From a bacterium (GTDB lineage: Bacteria; Patescibacteriota; Minisyncoccia; Minisyncoccales; GWA2-46-15): a stretch of DNA of 64,000 nt. The position numbers and the translations under genes were made by a program. The stretch lies in the NCBI GenBank assembly GCA_030704795.1, contig JAUYCZ010000028.1:83202-147201 (forward strand). Reading direction: 5' to 3'. Below are positions 46,599 to 55,192 of this stretch, piece after piece; the first letter of the stretch is position 1; each line of letters opens with the position of its first letter. The notes under the pieces were generated by a model. The model saw only the letters and a program-made list of their open reading frames with translations, searched no databases and was not told the DNA's origin.

Positions 46599-47888
46599 TT
46601 ACTCAAAGCTAATATTGAGCTCAATCTTATTTAGATCTTTGGGTAGATTTTTAAAAAATGAGGGGAAGATTTTGATCTTAGCCCGGGAAACCTGAGACAA
46701 ATTCTGGAAGCTTTGCTGAACTTCCTGAATCGACTTTTCGCTTAATTGCTCCTTCAATGGTCCGGCCTCTAAATTGGTGTATATCTTGACGGAAATCTTC
46801 AGAGAGAGCCGAGTCTTTCCCGTGGCCGTATCTATGGTTTCGATTGAAGGGTTGATTTGAATGCTCTCGGGTAAAAATCTCTGTTGATCTTCTAATTTAG
46901 AAAGCAAATCGGTTTGAACCAGCGTCCTCAAATCGTCCTCGGCCAGTAAAATTGTTTCCTTCTTGGCTCGGATCTGATAATTAAAGGTCTTAACCGCGTC
47001 ACCAACTTTAGCCGTGGGGCCCTGTTCCGGAATATTTAAGGAAACGTTTTCCTTAACCAGGAGAAGCCCCGGCAAGGTTCTATTATTTAGGGCGTTATCA
47101 ATCTTTTCCTCTATCTTGGCCCTTGTCACCTGTCTGGCCTTTTCTAAATCCTCGGCGGAAACAATGAGCGTCTCCCCTCGGAATCCACCTTTCATGGCCG
47201 AAAAAGACTTGGCATAAAAAAACGTGTATTTGGGGGTTCCGGCAAATCCGGGAATAGAAAAGGCCGAAGGACCAATGTTATACTCTTGACCAGTAACATC
47301 CGCTCGGACCAAAGCATCAACCGTGCCCGGTACCAGCTTGCCCTTTTCCATGGTCTGTCCCGGCACCGCCACTCTCTCCACTAATCGAAAGAGCTTCCCT
47401 TCGCTCGAAACAAACCGGGTGGCAGCGATCAGAGACTGACTGCTGGTGGAATAGTCATTGAAAATCCGAACGGTGCCTTCGCTTTTTTCTTCTTTAACCG
47501 CTTTTCCGGTAGAAGAAAACTCTTGAGATAAGAATTGTTCTTCGCTGATGATTTTTCCCGGTATTTCTTTGTTAACCTCGGCCGGAATGGTAAAAGTCAG
47601 GTTCTCTGTCTTCAACCAAATGTCGATATCGACATTGGGCAATTTAAGATAGACAGCAACGCCTATCAGTCCAAAAAATAATAGGAAAACCGATAAAACT
47701 AAAACCTTGGCCTTGGGAAAAGGTATTCTAGGGATCAAATCACTTGAGGTCTCTTCCTCGATAACTTCTTTTTTGACGAACAACTTCCCCTTTGGTTTTT
47801 CAACCGGTTTTGGTTTTAATAGTCCTTCTTCTTGAGATTCTTCTCTTCTTCCGGGCGGGATGATGTCAAAAAATTTTTTGTCCTCCAT
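46599..47888 (-). CDS. hypothetical single-pass membrane-anchored protein (429 aa)
   Basis: Has a charged N-terminus, one TM segment ([20 protein letters not shown]) and a large extracytoplasmic domain. I recall a faint resemblance to baseplate-J-like proteins, but I have not verified it. Confidence 0.55.
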   Translation of the reverse strand: MEDKKFFDIIPPGRREESQEEGLLKPKPVEKPKGKLFVKKEVIEEETSSDLIPRIPFPKAKVLVLSVFLLFFGLIGVAVYLKLPNVDIDIWLKTENLTFTIPAEVNKEIPGKIISEEQFLSQEFSSTGKAVKEEKSEGTVRIFNDYSTSSQSLIAATRFVSSEGKLFRLVERVAVPGQTMEKGKLVPGTVDALVRADVTGQEYNIGPSAFSIPGFAGTPKYTFFYAKSFSAMKGGFRGETLIVSAEDLEKARQVTRAKIEEKIDNALNNRTLPGLLLVKENVSLNIPEQGPTAKVGDAVKTFNYQIRAKKETILLAEDDLRTLVQTDLLSKLEDQQRFLPESIQINPSIETIDTATGKTRLSLKISVKIYTNLEAGPLKEQLSEKSIQEVQQSFQNLSQVSRAKIKIFPSFFKNLPKDLNKIELNISFE

Positions 47889-49683
47889 TTTCTAAAACCG
47901 CCTTAATTCTCCTTACGCCTTGAGCAACAGCTTCTTCTTTTATAATTCTAAACCTTCCTAGCTCTTTCGTCGAGGCAACGTGCGGCCCGCCGCAAATTTC
48001 TCGACTAAAAGAGGGACCGATACTATAGATCTTGACCCGCTCCGGATATTTCTCGCGGAAAAAAGCCCGAGCGCCCGAAGCCAGAGCCGCCGACAAATCC
48101 TGGACTGTTTCGGTCACGATAAGATTCTTGGCGATCTGCTCGTTGACCAAATCCTCGATGTTTTTCAGCTCCTCGACGCTGAGTTTGGCCGAATGAGAGA
48201 AATCGAATCTCAACCTTTCGGCGGTAATATTGCTGCCCTCTTGTCGGACGTGGTCACCCAACACCCTTCTCAAAGCCTCGTGCAGCAAATGCGTCGCGGT
48301 GTGGAGCCTGGTCACCTCGTAACTCTGGTCGGCCAAACCGCCCTTGAAAAGGCTCTCGGCTCCCTGGCGGGAAAGTTTTTGGTGCTTCTCGACCTCTTTT
48401 TGAAAGTCTTCTTTTTTGATTGTCTGACCTTTCTCTCGGGCGATTTCTTCGGTAATTTCAAAAGGCAGGCCAAAGCTCTCAAAAAGGTAAAAAGCGGTTT
48501 TGGCATCAATCATGGGAACTTTATTAATTTCTTTAATTCCGCTTTTTAAAACCTCGTCAAAGCGATCAGCTTCCTCCCGGAAAGAGGTGGCAATTTCCGC
48601 TTTCTTCTCTTCCAAATCCGGGAAGATGTCGCCGTAGGATTCGGCCAGGATAGAAATGAGCCCGAGAAAGTAATCCCCGCTTGCTTCAAGTCCCAACTTT
48701 TTTGTAAAGAGAAGGAGCCGCCGCAAAAGCCGGCGCAGGACGTAGCCCTGGGCCTTATTCGAAGACAGAACGCCGTCCCGGGCAATCATGACCGCCGCCC
48801 GCAAATGATCGGCAATGGTTCTCATCGCTCGGGTCGTTTCCGGATCTTGAAGATAATTCCGGCCGGAAAGATTCTCCAGCCTTTTAATAATCGGTAAAAA
48901 TAAATCTGTTTGGAAAATATCCGGATTGTCTGAGGCGGCTGCTACCAGTCTTTCCAATCCCCCGCCAAAATCCACGTTCTTCTGCGATAGCTCTTTTAAG
49001 GAACCATCTGCCTGTTTTTGATATTGGATAAAAACCGAGTTGCCGATTTCTAAAAAACGGCCGCAGTCACAATTAGGATGGCAGGTTTCGCCGAACTTCG
49101 GGTCATGGGGAACATCAGCAAATTCATAGAAAATCTCAGAGTCGGGTCCGCCGATTTCTCCCACCGGCATTAAGGCTGGTTCGCCCGATCGGGACCACCA
49201 GTTTTTCTTGACGCCGTAAAAAAAGATTCTTTCTTTGGGGATGCCCAGTTTCTGCCAGGCGGCCAATGATTCTTCGTCGCGGGGAACGCCAGTGGTCTTA
49301 TCTCCCTCAAAAACCGAAACCCATAACTTCTCCTTGGCTAAGCCCAGTTCTTTGGTCAAAAACTCCAAAAACCAGGGCAATTGTTCCGCCTTAAAATAGT
49401 CTCCCAAAGACCAGTTGCCCAACATCTCAAAAAAGGTGGTGTGGCGGTTATCGCCGACCTCTTCGATGTCGCCCAATCTCAAAGACGGTTGAGAATCAAC
49501 CAGACGGCGTTGCCCCGAGGGATGCGCTTCGCCTAAAAGATAGGGCACCAGAGGCTGCATGCCCGAAGAAGTAAAAAGCGTCGTCGGATCCTCGGCTAAA
49601 ACCAAGGGCGCCGGCGGGATGATCTCGTGTCCTCGGGCCTTAAAAAACTCTAGGTATTTTTGTCTAATTTCTTTCGAAATCAT
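47866..49683 (-). CDS. alaS: alanyl-tRNA synthetase, short form (605 aa, no C-Ala domain)
   Basis: Contains FFKARGHEIIPPAPL and the editing motif HTATHLLHEAL. Confidence 0.9.
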   Translation of the reverse strand: MISKEIRQKYLEFFKARGHEIIPPAPLVLAEDPTTLFTSSGMQPLVPYLLGEAHPSGQRRLVDSQPSLRLGDIEEVGDNRHTTFFEMLGNWSLGDYFKAEQLPWFLEFLTKELGLAKEKLWVSVFEGDKTTGVPRDEESLAAWQKLGIPKERIFFYGVKKNWWSRSGEPALMPVGEIGGPDSEIFYEFADVPHDPKFGETCHPNCDCGRFLEIGNSVFIQYQKQADGSLKELSQKNVDFGGGLERLVAAASDNPDIFQTDLFLPIIKRLENLSGRNYLQDPETTRAMRTIADHLRAAVMIARDGVLSSNKAQGYVLRRLLRRLLLFTKKLGLEASGDYFLGLISILAESYGDIFPDLEEKKAEIATSFREEADRFDEVLKSGIKEINKVPMIDAKTAFYLFESFGLPFEITEEIAREKGQTIKKEDFQKEVEKHQKLSRQGAESLFKGGLADQSYEVTRLHTATHLLHEALRRVLGDHVRQEGSNITAERLRFDFSHSAKLSVEELKNIEDLVNEQIAKNLIVTETVQDLSAALASGARAFFREKYPERVKIYSIGPSFSREICGGPHVASTKELGRFRIIKEEAVAQGVRRIKAVLENGGQKIF

Positions 49684-49757
49684 ATCCTAATCATATCAAA
49701 CAATCACTCCCCCGCCCAGCAACCCTGTTTCCCACAACGCAACAAACAACTAACAAT

Positions 49758-49791
49758 CATTGCTATAGCAATGATTCCACGTTGTTTTAAT
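49758..49791. repeat. 34-bp direct repeat copy A (CATTGCTATAGCAATGATTCCACGTTGTTTTAAT) containing perfect palindrome ATTGCTATAGCAAT
   Basis: 32 of 34 positions are identical to the copy at 50403-50436. It overlaps the stop codon of the PaaX-like gene and lies upstream of alaS. Confidence 0.85.
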
Positions 49792-50368
49792 TTAGATGAT
49801 ACTTTTCTTTAATGGAGGCGTCTTCGCCGATTTTTTCGGCCACGATCAAACGCAAATCTTCTTCTCTCAGCCCGAAAAAACTCCTCAGCAGTTCTATCTC
49901 CGCCTCGCAGTCAAAAGGATGAATCCAAACGCTTTTTTGCAAAAGACAAAACCCCAATTCTTTTAGTTTTCCCCTGAACGCTTCGCGATGCGTTTTTCTC
50001 AATTCAATAATGTCAAAAACCACCAACCGCCATTTTCTATCCCAGCTCTGGGGAGTTTTAATCTTTAAATCGTTGATCTGCAGATAACCCGCTTTCTTTT
50101 TTCCTTCTTTGGTTAAACTAATATAAATTTGCTTACCCTCTCGCCTAATTTCAAGCAAACCGCTCTTGCGCAGATTGTAAAAGGTATCGTAGAGGCGTTT
50201 GCGAGAATATTTTTTCCATCTCCGATGGTCACGGATGATATTTCTCGCGAACGAAGGTGAGCTGGCGGCAATGTAAACCGCACCGGCAACCATCAGCCAG
50301 TAGAGAACATCTTTGACTATCTCCGACCTCGGCTTCTTAAAGTAATATCTATACTTTTTCAGTCCCAT
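49787..50368 (-). CDS. PaaX-like / Cas2-fold putative transcriptional regulator
   Basis: Has a winged-helix-like N-half and WDRKWRLVVFDIIELRKTHREAFRGKLKELGFCLLQKSVWIHP, typical of the PaaX C-terminal/Cas2-like fold. Confidence 0.6.
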   Translation of the reverse strand: MGLKKYRYYFKKPRSEIVKDVLYWLMVAGAVYIAASSPSFARNIIRDHRRWKKYSRKRLYDTFYNLRKSGLLEIRREGKQIYISLTKEGKKKAGYLQINDLKIKTPQSWDRKWRLVVFDIIELRKTHREAFRGKLKELGFCLLQKSVWIHPFDCEAEIELLRSFFGLREEDLRLIVAEKIGEDASIKEKYHLN

Positions 50369-50387
50369 TTTAATCCATTAATGATTC

Positions 50388-50416
50388 ATGATAACTTGAA
50401 TTCATTGCGATAGCAA
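50388..50416 (-). promoter_or_regulatory. candidate promoter of the PaaX-like gene (TTGCTA-17 nt-TATCAT); the -35 lies inside the palindrome
   Basis: Spacing was counted on the sequence. The -10 lies 20 nt upstream of the ATG at 50368. Confidence 0.4.
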
Positions 50417-50436
50417 TGGTTCCACGTTGTTTTAAT
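50403..50436. repeat. 34-bp direct repeat copy B (CATTGCGATAGCAATGGTTCCACGTTGTTTTAAT)
   Basis: See copy A. This copy lies upstream of the PaaX-like gene. Confidence 0.85.
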
Positions 50437-50458
50437 CGTGTTAATAAGTTTTAAATTG

Positions 50459-51565
50459 TTAAAGAATAACGCCGCCGCCTAAGAGTTCTTGGCCTTGGTA
50501 AAACACGGCGGATTGGCCGGGAGTAACGGCGCGTTCAGGCCGGACGAGTTTTACCAGAAACTGATCAATCCTTTCAGGCTTGTTGTGCTTAACTAAGTTA
50601 AGCACAGGATAGAGCATGGCCGGCGTCTCTTTCTGCCGCGAGCGGATTTTAACCATTACCCTCAATGGCAACTTGTGCTCGGCGTTGCCTAGCACAAAAT
50701 TAACATCAGACACCCTGAACTCTTGACTTAACAAATCATTCTCGTTTTTGGTCACGACCAAAACATTCTTTTTGAGATCTTTTTTCAAGACGAAATAGGG
50801 TCCCTGACTCTGTTCTTTAGGAAAAAGCCCGGGGCCAATCCCCCCTCTCTGCCCCAAAGTATAAAAGCCCAAACTTTGATGTCGGCCGATGACTTTGCCT
50901 CGAGCGTCAACAATCTGACCGGGCTTCATCTTCAGATGACGGGAGAGAAATTGAGTCGTGTCTGAGGCGAGAAAGCAAAGATTTTGGCTTTCCTTAGCTT
51001 TAGCCGTGGGCAAACCGAACTTTTGCGCCAGTTTCCTAACTTCATCTTTTGTATAGTCTCCAATCGGAAAAATAATCCGGCTTAACTGTTCTTGGTTTAA
51101 GCGCCATAAAAAATACGACTGATCCTTTTCTCTATCTTTAGCCTTAAATAGCGAGACATAAGACTGCTGTCGAACGATTCTCACATAATGGCCGGTGGCA
51201 ATGAAATCCGCTCTCATTTTCAAAGCCTTGTCCAAGAACAAGCCAAACTTTATCTCCTGGTTACAAACAACGCAGGGATTAGGCGTTAATCCCAACTTGG
51301 TCTGACACAGAAAATAATCAACGACGGCTTTTTTGAACTCTTTTCTCAGGTCAAAGATAGAAAAAGAAATCTTGAGCTTTTGGGCCAATATTCTGGCTCT
51401 TCTTTCCGCCTCGGGCGAACAGCAAGGATTCTCTCTCTTCAGGCGCGAATCTTGCCAGAATCTCATAAAAACACCGCTGACGTCATAGCCAGATTTTTTT
51501 AATAGAAAGGCGGCCACCGAGGAATCGACGCCGCCGGATAAAGCGACAAAAACTTTGGGTTTCAT
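50459..51565 (-). CDS. mnmA: tRNA 2-thiouridine(34) synthase
   Basis: SGGVDSSVAA PP-loop and catalytic cysteines (CCS..., NPCVVCN). Confidence 0.95.
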   Translation of the reverse strand: MKPKVFVALSGGVDSSVAAFLLKKSGYDVSGVFMRFWQDSRLKRENPCCSPEAERRARILAQKLKISFSIFDLRKEFKKAVVDYFLCQTKLGLTPNPCVVCNQEIKFGLFLDKALKMRADFIATGHYVRIVRQQSYVSLFKAKDREKDQSYFLWRLNQEQLSRIIFPIGDYTKDEVRKLAQKFGLPTAKAKESQNLCFLASDTTQFLSRHLKMKPGQIVDARGKVIGRHQSLGFYTLGQRGGIGPGLFPKEQSQGPYFVLKKDLKKNVLVVTKNENDLLSQEFRVSDVNFVLGNAEHKLPLRVMVKIRSRQKETPAMLYPVLNLVKHNKPERIDQFLVKLVRPERAVTPGQSAVFYQGQELLGGGVIL

Positions 51566-51574
51566 GCGCTTTTT

Positions 51575-52111
51575 TCATTTACTATAGCGATCGGCCACGC
51601 TGGAGGCGGCAAAAGACTCGGGTTTCAGTTTTGGCTCAAAACCATTGCCGCGAATAATACCCACCACCTCCCGGATCATCTCCTTGGTTTGGCCTGATTC
51701 GCCCACATCAGCGTGAATATAGCGGAATTGATAAGAAAATTTTCTCTCCAAAGCTTCGATCTGGCCGATTAATTCCTCTTTTAGGCTCAGGGCCAGCTCG
51801 CAAGAAAGCAAAACTTCTTCTAAAACTCTCGTTTTCCAATGATAAAACTTTTTATTCTGATAGGTGATCTTTTTTAAAAAGAATCTGCCCCCTTCCCCTG
51901 ACCTCAAAACAACCACGGCCAAAGGGAATTCTGGAGAATCCGAGGAAGAAGAATCACAACCGACAATAATGTCGTAGAACTTATCGGGCTTGGCCTGCAG
52001 ATAATCAAGAATCTCTTTAATCATTTCATCAAAGGAAAGTCTGCCCCGAGTGGGGTTATAGAAAAAGCCTTGAGGAAAAGAAAGATTTTTGAATTCGTTT
52101 TCGTCCGTCAT
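51575..52111 (-). CDS. YkuK/DUF458-family RNase H-like protein
   Basis: Contains DIIVGCDSS and the size is right. Family assignment is from memory. Confidence 0.6.
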   Translation of the reverse strand: MTDENEFKNLSFPQGFFYNPTRGRLSFDEMIKEILDYLQAKPDKFYDIIVGCDSSSSDSPEFPLAVVVLRSGEGGRFFLKKITYQNKKFYHWKTRVLEEVLLSCELALSLKEELIGQIEALERKFSYQFRYIHADVGESGQTKEMIREVVGIIRGNGFEPKLKPESFAASSVADRYSK

Positions 52112-52842
52112 GTGGTTCTACGATTCCGATTGCAAAACTGAACTATTTTGAGAAAACGAGATGAACTCAAAGAGGCTTGGCCGATGAGAAAACCATCCAT
52201 TTCGGTTTCCTTTAAAAGGGTTTTAATATTTTTTTCGTCTACGCTACCGCCATAAATAATTTTGATTTTCTGAGAAACGGTCCGGCTGAACATTTGTTTT
52301 AGAGCGTTTTGGATCAGGGTCTTTTTCTGCCGCAGTTCGGCTGGAACAACTAGAGACCCTTTTTGAGTACTGATGGCCGACAAGGGCTCATAAACAATCG
52401 CGACCTGGGGCATGACCCCTCCTCTAATTCCTTTTAGCCCTTTTTTAATTTGATTTCTCGGATCTTCTCCAACACAAAAGATAACCTTCAATCCAGTTTT
52501 CAGAGCGGATTTGATCTTCCGATTGATTACGGCATCCGTCTCTTGAAAATACCGACGCCTCTCGGAATGCCCCAGGATAACGTACTCCGCCCCGAAACTT
52601 TTTAACATGGAGGGTGTGACTTCGCCGGTGAGAGGGATAGAACCTTCCCAGGAACAGTCTTGGCCGCCGAGCTTCAAACGAGAACGGCTAATGGATAACT
52701 CCGGCAGATAAAGAAAGGGTGGACAAATAACGATCTCGACATTTTTCAATTGACCAGCCCGTTTTTTAACAGAAAGAAAAATCCTCTTGGCCTGAGCCAG
52801 AATTTTGGGATTGTTTTTCCAATTGGCAATAACCAGTTTCAT
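52108..52842 (-). CDS. tpiA: triosephosphate isomerase
   Basis: Contains IANWKNN, ILGHSERR, EPLSAI (divergent EPxWAIGTG) and YGGSV. Confidence 0.9.
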   Translation of the reverse strand: MKLVIANWKNNPKILAQAKRIFLSVKKRAGQLKNVEIVICPPFLYLPELSISRSRLKLGGQDCSWEGSIPLTGEVTPSMLKSFGAEYVILGHSERRRYFQETDAVINRKIKSALKTGLKVIFCVGEDPRNQIKKGLKGIRGGVMPQVAIVYEPLSAISTQKGSLVVPAELRQKKTLIQNALKQMFSRTVSQKIKIIYGGSVDEKNIKTLLKETEMDGFLIGQASLSSSRFLKIVQFCNRNRRTT

Positions 52843-52960
52843 CGTTTCAGTGGTTAAAAAATAACCGTTAAGACCATCACGTTGATAATAACCAGTTTCA
52901 TCGTTTCAGTGATTAAAAAATAACCGTTAAGACCATCACGTTGATAATAACCAGTTTCAT
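52828..52960. repeat. 59-bp tandem repeat, 2.25 copies (52828-52886, 52887-52945, partial 52946-52960)
   Basis: The two full units differ at one base. Each unit starts with the reverse complement of ATGAAACTGGTTATT, the tpiA start. Confidence 0.9.
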
Positions 52961-52962
52961 AG

Positions 52963-53409
52963 CTATAAAACGAGAGTTAGGGTCATGACGATGACTCCGG
53001 CCAAAGCCACGCCGATAGCCAGCAAAACCAACGCCCTTTTTAATGGGATTTCGAGGACGAAAGCGGCTAAGGCGCCGGTCCAGCCGCCGACAAAAGGAAT
53101 GGGCAGGGCCGTCAGGATAACCACGGTCAGACCTTTCCCGAGCCAGCTTAATTTCTCTGTCTTCTTCCTCGTCTGAGAAAAAAGCCAGGAAAATAATCTT
53201 TCGAAGAAAGAACTTCGGCTTGATAAAAACTGAGAAATCGGACGGGCCAAAACAACGATTCCGGCCAAGGGAATAAAATTCCCCGAAACCGAGAGAAGAT
53301 AGCTCCACCAATAAGAGAGATGATAGACATTCAAGGCCAGAGGAATTGCCCCTCGCAACTCAACGATCGGGCTCATGGCTACTAAAAATACCGTTAATTC
53401 TGGAGACAT
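52963..53409 (-). CDS. small multi-pass membrane protein (putative small multidrug-export / COG2426-like)
   Basis: Four hydrophobic segments and an ELRGAIPLAL motif. Family assignment is from memory. Confidence 0.55.
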   Translation of the reverse strand: MSPELTVFLVAMSPIVELRGAIPLALNVYHLSYWWSYLLSVSGNFIPLAGIVVLARPISQFLSSRSSFFERLFSWLFSQTRKKTEKLSWLGKGLTVVILTALPIPFVGGWTGALAAFVLEIPLKRALVLLAIGVALAGVIVMTLTLVL

Positions 53410-54443
53410 TATTGTTTTCGTAAGTATTCTGTCGCTCGTTCGGGCTCAATGGTGGAAATTTCCATTCTTGTGCCGATCTCAAACCCAGCCCAGGTGGCCG
53501 TTTTTGGCAAAATGGTCCAATGCCAATGATAATAATCGTATTTTTTGCCGTCGCAGGGAGCAGTATGTAAATAAAAATTATAGGCCGGATCTCCCAAACC
53601 CTTGTAGAGTTTTCTCAAGGCGGCCTTGAACGCCTCGGCTAATTGCTCCTTTTCCGGCTCGGAAATTCTCTCAAAATACGGCCGGTGCTGTTTTGGAGAA
53701 ACAATCATTTCAAAAGCGGCCTTTGAGGCAAACGGGCATAAAACCAAAAAATCTTTGTTCTCAAAAACTATCCTTGTTTTTGCCCTTTTCTCCCATTTCT
53801 GCATCTCGCAGGAAAGGCATTTGCCTTTTTCCTTGAAGAATCGCTCTGAATTGATCAACGCCTGCTTTAAATCAACGTCAATCAAGGGAGTGGTGATAAT
53901 TTGCGAATGCGGATGCGGCTGGGAGGCGCCGGCCTCCTTGCCGTGATTATGGAAAATGGAAACATAGCTGACAAAATCATGTTTTGCCAGCTGTAAAAAT
54001 CTTTCCTGATAAACATCAAAAACTTCTTTGACTTTCCCGACTGGCAATAGGGCCAAAGATTTTTTGTGGTCACGGGTAACCACCAGCTCGTGAAAACCGA
54101 CGGCATTCATCCTCTGGTACAACCCGCCTTCAATTATTTTTCTCATGGGCGGCTCTGGTAGAAAAGCCGGGTATTTATTGGGAATTAAAATTGTCGTCCA
54201 GTTATCCGGCGCTTCCTGGCCGAGGCGAAAACCGTTATGTTGACGGCCGCTGTCATAGACGATAAGAGGTTTTTTTTGGGTGCGGATTTGGCAAAAAGGG
54301 CAATCCTTTGGCAGAACCCTTGATTCTTCTTTTTTCTCTTTCTTGAAAAGCTCTGGTCGCTTGCCCCGACCAGTGGCAATAACAACCCAATCCCTTGAGA
54401 CCAGATCGAACCTTAGCTCAGAAGGAAACCTTTGTTTAGGCAT
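53409..54443 (-). CDS. galT: galactose-1-phosphate uridylyltransferase family (HIT superfamily)
   Basis: CPFC zinc motif and the HPHSQI active-site HxHxQ. Confidence 0.8.
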   Translation of the reverse strand: MPKQRFPSELRFDLVSRDWVVIATGRGKRPELFKKEKKEESRVLPKDCPFCQIRTQKKPLIVYDSGRQHNGFRLGQEAPDNWTTILIPNKYPAFLPEPPMRKIIEGGLYQRMNAVGFHELVVTRDHKKSLALLPVGKVKEVFDVYQERFLQLAKHDFVSYVSIFHNHGKEAGASQPHPHSQIITTPLIDVDLKQALINSERFFKEKGKCLSCEMQKWEKRAKTRIVFENKDFLVLCPFASKAAFEMIVSPKQHRPYFERISEPEKEQLAEAFKAALRKLYKGLGDPAYNFYLHTAPCDGKKYDYYHWHWTILPKTATWAGFEIGTRMEISTIEPERATEYLRKQ

Positions 54444-55155
54444 ACTTTTTGGTAATGATGTTTAGCCTAATCTGCAAAACCTCTAAGAGCATTTTGACCA
54501 TCCATTTGAACTTAACCTTGCTCTGAATGTCGTTCTTCCAATAAATTGGCACTTCTTTTATCTTGTAGCCCTTTTTCTTGGCCAGGATCAGAATTTCCGG
54601 GTCAAAGGCGAAGCGATCAATTTTGCACTGAGGCAAGACTTCCAGAGCCGACTTTCTCGTCATGGCTTTAAAACCGCATTGCGTATCCCAGATTCCCCAA
54701 AGTCCAACCATAAACTGGACAATCAGATTAAAAATCTCGCCCAATAGTCGTCGGAACAAAGGTTGTGGCGGATCCATCGTCGCCCCCTTAACGTCGCGAG
54801 AACCAATGACGACATCATAGCCTTGTTCGAATTCTGGCCACATTTTTTCTATCTGGTCAATCGAGGTGGAATTGTCGGCATCGGTAAAGAGACGGTACTC
54901 CCCCGTCGCCTCAAGCATCCCCTGTCGGACGACATAGCCCTTGCCGTGATTTTCCTGGTTATCAATCAATTTCAGATTGGCGATTTCTGGTTTTAAGCTT
55001 TCAGCTACTTCAGCCGTCTTGTCTTTTGAGCCGTCATTAACAACGATAATTTCGTAATCATAAGACTGCCGCTTGAGGTAAGCGTCGATCTCTTTGAGAG
55101 TCTTGGGCAGGCGGTCTTCTTCGTTGTATGAGGGAATAATGACGGACAGCTTCAT
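54436..55155 (-). CDS. family 2 glycosyltransferase (dolichyl/polyprenyl-phosphate glycosyltransferase-like)
   Basis: Contains LSVIIPSYNEE and FTDADNS (DxD). Confidence 0.85.
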   Translation of the reverse strand: MKLSVIIPSYNEEDRLPKTLKEIDAYLKRQSYDYEIIVVNDGSKDKTAEVAESLKPEIANLKLIDNQENHGKGYVVRQGMLEATGEYRLFTDADNSTSIDQIEKMWPEFEQGYDVVIGSRDVKGATMDPPQPLFRRLLGEIFNLIVQFMVGLWGIWDTQCGFKAMTRKSALEVLPQCKIDRFAFDPEILILAKKKGYKIKEVPIYWKNDIQSKVKFKWMVKMLLEVLQIRLNIITKKYA

Positions 55156-55192
55156 TAAATCAATTTTATCACAGCCAATAGAAAATAAAAAG

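Noticed and set aside
49684-49757. A T-box or other leader upstream of alaS, and similarly upstream of thrS (12255-12313) and pheS (25969-26077)
   Set aside because: I found no UGGNACC/GGUGGUACCGCG-like T-box core, no K-turn and specifier arrangement and no terminator. The regions are short or are occupied by the palindrome and repeat elements described separately.
52828-52960. Possible CRISPR array or minisatellite
   Set aside because: There are only 2.25 contiguous units with no spacers and no cas genes nearby. I report it as a tandem duplication instead.
52913-53330. Minus-strand ORFs 52913-53311 (132 aa) and 53148-53330 (60 aa)
   Set aside because: These are alternative frames overlapping the better-supported four-TM membrane protein at 52963-53409. 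Only the last 15 codons of the first one (the mini-ORF) are discussed, in the tandem-repeat finding.
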